The notes beneath the pieces are model-generated. The model saw only the letters and a list, made by a program, of their open reading frames with translations, had not been told where the DNA came from and searched no databases. A DNA stretch of 64,000 bases from Oculina patagonica (lineage: Eukaryota): the NCBI RefSeq assembly GCF_052425735.1, contig NC_135764.1, forward strand, positions 31,744,001 through 31,808,000, read 5' to 3'. Positions 27,501 through 36,109 of this stretch are shown one piece after another. Numbering within the stretch: the stretch's first letter is position 1; each line of letters begins with the position of its first letter. A program made the translations under genes and the position numbers.

Positions 27501-30500
27501 CAAATTTCTCACTTAGCGACTCGTGATTTCATTGTTCTGTGTATTTGTGTGTCTCTCTGTGTATTTCTTCTAACTTCTCAAAGGATTTAACAGTGCCAAG
27601 AAACAAAATCCAACAAGAACAAACGGAGTAGTTGAAACTGTCCTATTACGCTCGTCATTTAAATGTAACATGACGTCACATTCTTAAATATTGACAGTTA
27701 AGGTGTGGCGTGACTCGCAGGTACTACATCACCAACAACGCATTCATTTGTGGATAATGAATAAACAAGTGCCATGTGGCTAAGTTATCTGATTCGGTTT
27801 TTCAGTGTGTTTCATTTACTAACACATTATGCATTCTTTTGTATCACAGCAATTTTTACATTTATAGACCATCAATTAATGTACGCTTTTTATATCTCTA
27901 CAGAGAAGGCAGCGTAATTGCTGATTTTGTAGTCAATTTTCAACAAACTGGCAATGCAACCGTGCTACCTACAGCGAGGAAGGTTCTTAACGAAAGCGTG
28001 TCTCAGTCCCAGAATGCATCGAGCTTTGGAGATTTGCAAGTTGATCCAGGTTCTGTTGTAATAGAAGGTAAGAGATTTTGTCTGGCGACATTGTTTTTGC
28101 TGTAAAAAGACAAAGTCGATGGTTTGAACCAAGGAGTCATATTAATAAGACTAAAACTGCAAGGGACCGCATACGATAATGCTGCTATTCGTACGGAACT
28201 TGATACAGTGTACGGGTTAATGGGCAATTTATTTGCGTTGGCTCTTTGGGCTGGCGTTATTTAGATTTGCTACACCGCGCTGATGAGTTCCAATAAGAAC
28301 GAAACAGCTGTCCGCGGTTGCAATCCTGCTCTATCGGTTTTAGTCGTGGTGGTGTCTCGCAAAGTCTACTTTTCACGTAGTACGATCAGCCTTGCAGTCT
28401 TGTTAGTCATATCAGTAGTTCGTATAGTGTGATCGTCCTGGTAAGAGTAGTTCTGAAAAGAATTAAGAGAGAGGGGAGGGACGAAAAACGATGGAGAGAC
28501 AGCACGAGCCCAAGCCACAAGAGAGATACGAGGTGGAACAGAGAGGAGGGAGGACAGCGCCCCGACGGAGTGAACAACCTGCGCAACATGGGCGAGCGAT
28601 GACGCCCGAAACGACCAGTCCCCCGCTCGTTTGAACATGGCAATTGTTGTTGGTGACTGACGTTTCAACAACCTGAGCGGAAGTCATCTTCAGGACTGAG
28701 CATGCTTAGATCCTAGCTCTCCACTGGGAGAATAGCGCCATGAAGTCATCTTATTGTTGCCAGTCGATGACGTTATAAAGTCTGGTTCGTTGAAGCTGAT
28801 TGGTCAGTTAAGCCGTGATGTTATTGAGTTCGTTTACGTCGTGAAAAAGTCGTTTGTAAGGTGCCGGTAGTTGTTGACATCTGTTGATAAGCGTCTGTTC
28901 TAAGTTTGTGTACCAGCTTTCTAGAGTCAGTCGTTGAAAATAGTTTGTACTGTAGCTTAAGCATTCAGTAGAGTCCCAGTCGATTTTGTGGTTAGTAAGT
29001 CGATTGTGTTCAGAAATGTGATTGTTGACTTCGCCTTTTCTAATCGCTCGTTTGCTTTCAGTCAGTCTCGTGTCAAGGTGACTTTAATTTATTCGCATCT
29101 TTAATCTTGTTCGCCTTCCTTTGCCACAATTATTATTTAGCAAACAAAAAACGTCAATATATCGTGTGATCAAGGTTCCTTATCTTCCTTTCGTTCTTCT
29201 AGATCGAGACGAATGCCAAGATGCCAGCACCAATGACTGTGATCAAAATGCCATCTGTAACAACACTGTTGGATCATTTGAATGCTTTTGTAAAGACGGG
29301 TTCACTGGGAATGGAAAAACATGTCAAGGTATGCCACATGCTCGGACAAATTCCAAATTGCATGTTAAGGCAAGAGAGGCTCCCGAGTTCTAAAGACAGA
29401 TTCACCAAACAACAAAATTACAGATTTTATAATAAATCTAAATTTTTTTCTTATTATTTCTCCATGTTCAGACATCGACGAATGTAAAAATTCATCACGA
29501 CACAACTGCAGCATGGCTACACCTGGGGTCACGTGTCTCAACACACCTGGAGGATTCCAGTGCACGTGCAAGGCAGGTTATTCTGGAAATGGAATCACGT
29601 GCAACGGTATATATGCTTCTTTATGTGGATGTACACGAAAACAATATATAATTTCCTTTTCAACTACGAGATGTTGACTTAATGTTAAGAAATAAATTAA
29701 CAGAGTGAAGGCCTGAGTAGTAAGAGCTTAAAGATTGTGCCGTGCGGTGACTCTTTGTTACTTCTTGTGTTTGATGAAGTCATGAGCTCTCATAAGCAGT
29801 ATTTGATTTTCTTTTGAAATTCAAATAATTAAATATTAAAAGTTTAAGCTCCAATGCTGTTTTTGTTACGTAATGTTTATCAACCTAGTATTTCCCCTCA
29901 TGCTGAAGTGACTAAAACGAGTAATTAAAATGTTAGAAAGCTTAGTTCGAGTTTTCTAAACAGAAGTTGTTCAGTATTGAAAAGTGGTGCAAGGTAACTG
30001 GGACAACAACTGAGGAATAATTTGTCGCAATATCTTTTCAATGTATTTTTTCAAGATAACGTTCTTAACGAAATTTACAATTTCTTGTTACCATAGTAAT
30101 CGATCACTGTTTGGCGGGAACACATAACTGCCACCCAAACGCCACCTGCACCTCCTTCCCAGGCCCCACGTTCAAGTGCGCGTGCAGAGAAGAAAGGAAT
30201 TACTTTGGAAATGGAACACACTGCTTTGGTAAGGTCGTATTATTTTATCTTGTTGCGCCTTTTGTTAGGAGTTACCATTATCCCTTTGTTAATTTTACTT
30301 GTCGTGCGTTAAATTTAAACAGGTCAATGTTGGGGCTGTGTTAGCTGGTAGGACATGGGGCATGCTTTGCACGTGCTTTAAACACTTTGATACATTGCTT
30401 AGTCGTCCTCTGAAAAAATATGCGAAAGGACCAAACTGTGCTTGGTAACGATAATGGCGGCGGTGAATTTTTCGTGTTTCCCTTCGAGACTGAACGCTTC

Positions 30501-30859
30501 CTTTACATATTCACCTAAAATGCAAAGGCAATTATTACAATGCACAAGATGGGTGTCAAGCATCGTTACACTTTCCCCCGGAGTCAGTGAGAAGTTCTTA
30601 TTTTTTCTTTGCAGTTGGATGTCCTGTTAATCATTGTGAAAATGGAGGAACTTGTATTATTTCCAGAGTTGGAAACATTTGCAAGTAAGACATAGACATC
30701 AATGTGATATCGTAGAATTCCGGTTATAAGCCCTGGGTTATACAACTTGTAAGGGGTTTTTTTGGTTAGGGGGGGGGGTTTCGGGGGGGGGTTATAAGAG
30801 GAATAAAAAAATAAAAAGGGGGGTGAGAAAATTTTTTTAAAAAAAATTTTTTGGGGGGG

Positions 30860-30893
<34 letters not shown>

Positions 30894-33800
30894 GGATATT
30901 GTAAAGAGGGTCCATTTTAATCTGGCGGTTTGGCGGCTTAAGGCAATTTTAAGTGTCGGTTTGCGGGTACATTCCTTTTTATCTGGCGGTTTACAGTCAA
31001 GAAATTATGGCGGTTTCCGCGTATCACAAATGTATCACAAATGTAAAATTACTTGACAGACCTCGCTACATTTTCCCGCCTTTTTTCACATACGTCGTAT
31101 AATATTCTTTTTGGCGCGGTTACCAAGCTGAACATAGAAAAAATCCTTTTTTTTTTAAAAAAAGCCTGAAGAAAATATAAAATGAAAGTGAATTTTAAAT
31201 ATTTTACCGGAGAAGAACCCGGAAAAAAGTAAATATTTTTATTTTTTTAAAATAAAGAAAAATTAAAAAAAGGGTCCGATCTTTAGGAGAAAACGAAAAC
31301 TTTTTGCTGTCTAGGAAGAACAAATTATGGCGGTTTACGGACAGTACGTCCCCCTATAATAGACCCTCTGTAAACGTTGTCAGAACAAAACTCGTACGCA
31401 AACTGCAAGCAAAGTTAAGCAATTACAAGGAATCCTATACCAGAATTACTAGAGATGGGAAGAAGAGAAAGCTGTGATGGTCTTTTACTTTTTAATTCTG
31501 GTATTTTAATGCTCTAACGTCAAACCAATAGTTCAAGATTACATTTTTCAAATTTGAAGTTTTTTTATAACTACTGAAGTATGAAAAACACATTTTATTC
31601 AGTCTCCCAAGTTAAGTAACAAATATGTAATGACGACACTCTTGCATTCGATAGTCAAAATTTAGTTCTAAATGAACGCAGATACATAAGGTTCTTGAAA
31701 TCTTTGCAAACTCATTGAGGAGTAGATTTTAGTTAGATTAATTTCTTGCATGATCACATACTAACATTACTAATTCAACATCCTTGTGTCTGTTTTAATT
31801 CAGATGCCCAAGAGGTTACTATGGTGACAGATGTGAAGTAGGCGCAGAACCAACTGAGGCCCCTCGTGTTGGTTCAGGTAAAGCTGTTTTGTATCATCAA
31901 CATAATGCTCTACTACCGGTTTTGTTTACAAAGTTGCCGCATTACTCGCATAAGCTAAGAATTCCTTATCCAAAGCCGTATTTCTGCACCAGTCCCCACG
32001 CACGCGTGGGCTCGGGCGTTTGCTACAAACATTTTTCATAAGTAAACGTTACATTGGTGCTTTCTGGAATGTCATCTACTAAACCGAGGGAGGCTGTCCC
32101 TTGACTGAATTGCTTCAGTAATGTTCTAAACGACGTTCCGGTTTAGACGTAAAACATGCCATTTTCATTACGACATTATTTGACTGCAAGTATTTCATGT
32201 CGTTCTTCTTTTGGTTTGTTACCTTTCTTTACAGACGACGATATGATGATAATCGTTGTGGTCCTTGCCTCAGTATGTGGGACACTATTACTGGTTCTGT
32301 TGATCATTGCTATTTGCTACTGCAGAAGGAGGTAACAATATGTTATTGTATTTATAAAGTGACTATCGTGTAAACCTAAAACCTAGGTTACATTTCTCAA
32401 TTCCCTAAATTCCGTTTGATAGGAATTTGGAAAGTGGCTTTCAATCTCAATATCGTTCAAGACTCTAGCCTTGCAGTAATCACATGCGCTTTTAAGCACG
32501 ATACTAGTCAGTCCAAAATCCTAACCAACGTAACAACAGTAGACACATATATAGATCGTGTACCTGTTTTTTGGTAATAGGCGACATGAACGTCTAGATT
32601 CAGATGGAAACGCTTCTGTGAGACCTCAAAGGTATCGTCCAGTCAGAAAATCTGGCGTCGTCCATCTTGAAACAATCGACGAAGACTTCACTGTTCCAAA
32701 TAGAAGGATGAGAGCCAGGCCTCCATCTTCCGCATCATTCCGCGAGGTCACCAGGGGACTGGGGGCAGCTAACCGCGCCATGGAGCAGCTATCCCGAGTG
32801 GGTCAACAACAGTCCCAATCCACACAGGCGAGAAGACCCCGCGACAACCTGGAACCTACCTACGATAATTTGGTGTTTGACGACTTACTTGAAAATATCG
32901 TAAGTACAGAAAAAACGCGAACAGAAAAAACGCAAACTTAAAATTAATTTATTATGATAGGGGTTTGGAGCGGTTAATAAAGAGTGCGGTTGCCAAAAAT
33001 TGATTAGAATGATAGAATCAAAACCACTAAATTTTAAACTGTTAAAGTGTCTTATATTAAAGTTTAAAATATCTGTAAACTTTTACTATTTCCTCGACTT
33101 CGGATGAAGATATTCAACCCAAAAGGAGCTCACATATTGAAGAATCCTTAAAAAGGGAGGCAAAGTTATGGAGTAACGTTATCTAAATCTTACTGAATGA
33201 ATCTGTTTGTGAAGAAGATTAAGAATCCTTAACTGTTAGAGCAATTTTCGATTGAGTATCTTAAATCCATAACCGAATTTATCACCCTGGCCAATCATAA
33301 AGGACACACACAATCCAATAGACCAATCAAATCTCGAAGCAAATACATATAGCGGGCGAGAAGCGCGGGAAAACGTGCGTAAGAGTGTCATGATTGGTTT
33401 TGGTTTTACTTCTGATTGGTTGAAAAAGTGGCGCGAGTGTTTTCAACCAATCATTTAGCGTAGTAACGCAAAACCAAAATAAACGCGAATTACTTTCGAC
33501 ACTCAATTGAAAATCGATCTTGAGTGTTCTTACCCTTACCTTTTGCTCTTACTTTACTAATGTAGAAGTCTTGGGAAGACTTGAGATCAACAAGTGATAG
33601 CTAACTGTTACCTCTCAAGTAAGTAATGCTGCTGCTGCTGCTATGCTTTTAACACACCACAAAATCCCTTTAATAATAATTCTGAACTGAAGTCAACATT
33701 GTTTTGCATTCTTGATACTCAAGTCTAATCCTATAAAACGTTGCTTACAGTAATGCAGATATTCACTTTAAAGTAAACTTTTCCTAAAGCTTTAACCCAT

Positions 33801-34628
33801 TCGGCTTAACTCACAATACTAAACTATCTAACGACGATTCTGAGTACACGTGATTGTGAAAGAAAACGGTACTAAAAAGAAAGGTGAAATGATAAAAACA
33901 AGAATCAAATAACATATAATTACAATTATGAGATCAGCTGGTTTAAACCTTTAATCATGGTGTCAAATGAGTTACCTAAATCACGTGTCCTTTGCGGCTT
34001 CAATGAGTGTTAATGAGTAATGTCGAGTTAATGCAGCCTAGTCCCCACGCGTTCACGACTTGGTCAAACCTGGACCCTATTGTGAGCCATGACGAAAACC
34101 ATTCTCGTCCCCAAAGCCCTTTCGTTTCTCTTAGCCCGCTGGGCCTTAGCACGAGAAAACGAAGGGCTCTGGGGACATAGGATTTTTGAATTAATTCGAA
34201 TTTTTTTGATTGGCTGTTTGGAACAAAGAATTCCTAAACGAGAGTCAAAACGTAACGACTCTCTCATACATTCTTTTGAAACATCATGACTGCATACATG
34301 AAGACCGGAAGTCCTAGAATCTAGGACTGGAAATCCTGTGTCTTCAGAGCCCTTCGTTTTCTCGTGCCAAGGCCCAGCCGGCTAAGAGAAACAAAAGGGC
34401 TATGGGGACGTGAATGGACGTCAACAAGACAGACTCGCCCGTCCAAGACTTCGCGCGAACAATAGGACAAGAGAGAACGCCTAGGAACTAAGCTGACGTT
34501 AATATTCTTTCTTGCTTTATCTGTGTGTTTTGGTAACAATAGTTGTCTTTCATTTGCAGGAGTCGCGGACTCAGTTTAGGGCTGGTACCGAATGGTCCGC
34601 GAACAATAACTTGTACGTTGAGCGTTAA
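1..34628 (+). CDS. Giant single-pass transmembrane mucin-like protein (5' end outside the window): four modules of Ser-rich repeat / EGF / SEA / Ca-binding EGF, then 3 further EGFs, TM helix and cytoplasmic tail
   Basis: Exons with GT-AG boundaries and matching phases. Module 1: <1-1090, 1600-1710, 2747-2868, 3402-3469, 3735-3898, 4068-4193. Module 2: 4696-10862, 12156-12266, 12737-12858, 13633-13700, 14103-14266, 14527-14652. Module 3: 15123-17549, 17897-18019, 19597-19718, 20196-20263, 20536-20699, 21077-21202. Module 4: 21680-24805, 25133-25255, 26497-26618, 26998-27065, 27904-28067, 29203-29328. Terminal exons: 29472-29606, 30097-30228, 30615-30684, 31804-31877, 32235-32331 (TM: [25 protein letters not shown]), 32581-32899, 34560-34628 (stop). 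SEA motif FRxGSVV/I; Ca-EGF DRDECQ...[12 protein letters not shown]. Frameshifts occur in the first two Ser-rich exons. Confidence 0.88.
1865..2297. mobile_element. MITE with CCCAGGGG...TACTCC TIRs and 8-bp TSD
   Basis: Left end CCCAGG(G)nTACTCCGGCTTGTAAATGACGGGGATGATCGAA matches right end TTCGATCATCCCCGTCATTTACAAGCCGGAGTACCCCCCTGGG; AGGAGGAT duplicated at 1857-1864 and 2298-2305; internal CCCAAAAAAATCC repeats. Confidence 0.85.
3003..3040. repeat. (TGA)n microsatellite
   Basis: Direct reading; source of the spurious poly-His ORF on the minus strand. Confidence 0.9.
4696..10862 (+). repeat. Ser-rich coding tandem repeat exon, module 2 (~6.2 kb, roughly 45 units of ~132-138 nt)
   Basis: Recurrent GATCAAAGTACAC (DQST). 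Approximate unit [46 protein letters not shown]. Many frameshifts split the ORF track here. Confidence 0.88.
11261..11754. mobile_element. Tc1/mariner-type MITE (TA TSD)
   Basis: TA|CAATCGAAGCTCTCGTAAGCGGACAC ... GTGTCCGTTAAGAGAGCTTCGACTG|TA; internal CCGCTTACG repeats; same family as 61650-62059. Confidence 0.85.
13066..13438. mobile_element. TTAA-flanked MITE (Kolobok/piggyBac-type target site)
   Basis: TTAA|AGGGACTATGTCGCGG ... CCGTGACATAGCTCCT|TTAA; related ends near 1160 and 40897. Confidence 0.7.
15123..17549 (+). repeat. Ser-rich coding tandem repeat exon, module 3 (2427 nt, open frame)
   Basis: Uninterrupted ORF 15158-17671 spans nearly all of it; exon length divisible by 3; acceptor TTCAG|GG, donor TG|GTAAGT. 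Confidence 0.9.
18360..19055. repeat. Degenerate tandem array, ~44-45 bp period, each unit a ~32-bp palindrome
   Basis: Consensus ACAAGGTACATGGAAA-TTTCCATGTACCTTGT (self-complementary) plus ~12-nt linker GACAATACATAA; about 15 units. Confidence 0.8.
19760..19797. repeat. (TAA)n microsatellite followed by A-rich low-complexity tract to ~20005
   Basis: Direct reading. Confidence 0.85.
21680..24805 (+). repeat. Ser-rich coding tandem repeat exon, module 4 (3126 nt, open frame)
   Basis: Uninterrupted ORF 21679-24846; acceptor CTGCAG|TG, donor TG|GTAAGT; exon length divisible by 3. Confidence 0.9.
25300..26147. mobile_element. Fold-back MITE with ~330-bp TIRs and TTAA TSD (Kolobok-like)
   Basis: TTAA|GGAGGCTCGATGTAGTTTTTTTAGCCGAAGGG ... 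CCCTTCGGCTAAAAAAACTACATCGAGCCTCC|TTAA; arms stay complementary for >300 bp. Confidence 0.9.
28274..28318 (+). ncRNA. Type I minimal hammerhead ribozyme (Penelope/retrozyme-associated type)
   Basis: ACCGCG-CTGATGA-GTTC(CAATAA)GAAC-GAAA-CAGCTG-TC^CGCGGT. Complete core; stem I ACCGCG/CGCGGT, stem II GTTC/GAAC, palindromic stem III ACAGCTGT; predicted cleavage after C28312. Confidence 0.88.
28408..29080 (-). mobile_element. 5'-truncated Penelope-like retroelement (C-terminal half of the GIY-YIG endonuclease plus 3' region with a decayed hammerhead)
   Basis: Minus-strand translation of ~29080-28810: [72 protein letters not shown]. Hammerhead-like CTGAAGATGAC...GTTGAAACGTC at 28692-28659; apparent insertion at ~28465-28645. 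Confidence 0.8.
30905..31369. mobile_element. Probable MITE (AGAGGGTC termini, GGCGGTTT internal repeats), partly garbled
   Basis: AGAGGGTCCATT ... AATAGACCCTCT; repeated GGCGGTTT. Confidence 0.5.
33238..33520. mobile_element. CCAAT-rich MITE
   Basis: AGAGCAATTTTCGATTGAGT ... ACTCAATTGAAAATCGATCT; several CCAATCA and GCGCGGGAAAAC motifs; related decayed copy at ~46360-46620. Confidence 0.7.
34035..34493. mobile_element. Nested MITEs (outer AGCCTAGTCCCC...GGAACTAAGCT; inner 34099-34416)
   Basis: Inner TIRs CCATTCTCGTCCCCAAAGCCCTTT / AAAGGGCTATGGGGACGTGAATGG; outer ends are imperfect inverted repeats. Confidence 0.65.
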
Positions 34629-36109
34629 CTGTTTTAAACTGAATATCCAAATATTTATTATTTAACTGTTTTGTACTGTTACAATAAGTGCTGTTGTAAG
34701 TAATCCGGATTATGGATAAATGCAAAGTTATAACCTTATCAAATTTTCACTGAAAATTGACTTCAGCAAGTATTTATTCTAAGATCGCACTATTTCAATT
34801 ATTGCTCCGAAAGAGCAGTGGAAAATTATTGCTAAATTCTCATTTTTATGTACTTATAAAACTATTAATTCTAGTTGAAATTTTACAAAAAGTAGTCCAT
34901 CATACGACGTTGTTTGTGTTTGTACAAAGCTCTAATTCTAATAAATAGAAATAAGAAAAATGTAAGAAAAGCTATTTTTGTAATGCGGTCAAATGAAACT
35001 AGAGAGTTTCAAGTATTTAAATAACTCCAAATAGAGGGTCAATTGCTTCAGTAGTTTTGCTTTTGATAAGAGTTACAAAATTTGCGTTATTTTTTAGATA
35101 AAAAGGGAATGAACGATATAGCAAATTTTGTTGACGTTTAGTGGAAGAATACTTAGCTATGTCAGTGACAGATTTTGGAGTATTGTAGTGGATTATTGTC
35201 AGTGACAAATAGTATTTTTATAACTTTCTTACATTGATTATTCTTTAAGCGGCATTGTAAGCTGAACACAATTCAAATGTAACACATTTTGCGATTAAAA
35301 TCTAGTTTACATTCAGTTTATGAGAGTTTCTCTTCTGATCACTGTTATCAGACCTATAATCTGGCATCGACTGTATTCCGTGTCCAACAATTGTGCGACT
35401 TTTTTAAAACTGTTTGATTTATTAAATTTGGTTTGAACTAGCCCTGGTCCAGAGGTCCCAGCATTTTAAAGCAAGTGGGCAAGTTGAACCGAATCCAGCG
35501 CTGTGATTGGTTACACGAGCGGGCACCACTCTTGAGCTAGCTTGCTCATTCGGGATTGCCCGCTCTGTCCCGCAAGAAAAATGGTGTTTTCTATGACATA
35601 CTATTAAATCCTAGCCTTTATTGACCAAGTTTGTTCAATCAGAATGGCGGGATATCGGCCTGGTTCTCTGTTTTTTTAATTGGCGTTGTTACAGACCTCG
35701 ACTGCGCGTGTTGGTTGATACTGGGTAAAAACGTGTGACCATTTGACAAGGAAAGCGGTCTCCCAAAAATGGCCTTATTCTGTACGGCACCATGTCATTA
35801 TCCAATACTTAAAGATACTCAATTTTCCCATAGGTAAACGTTGGAAAATTAACGTAACGACACACATAGCTAAAATAAATCTTTATTTGCGCAGCCAGTT
35901 CTGGAAAACAAGACGTCATTTACAAAAGCTTTCAACCTGAAATCACCCTCTTGAGCATCGAATTGTCTGCCGTCTGCATCAGTATCATGAAAAAAAAAAC
36001 CAAATCTTTTTCGTGTTATTCTTCATCATTCCGCAGATCAAAGCGTCCTCGTATCGCTCTTTCTCAACCATTGGCCTGACTTGTCAATTTATTACATCGG
36101 TTGTGTAGT

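Noticed and set aside
30760-30900. G-runs as functional G-quadruplexes or a poly-Gly ORF
   Set aside because: Homopolymer-rich garble within repeat fragments, consistent with low-quality consensus.
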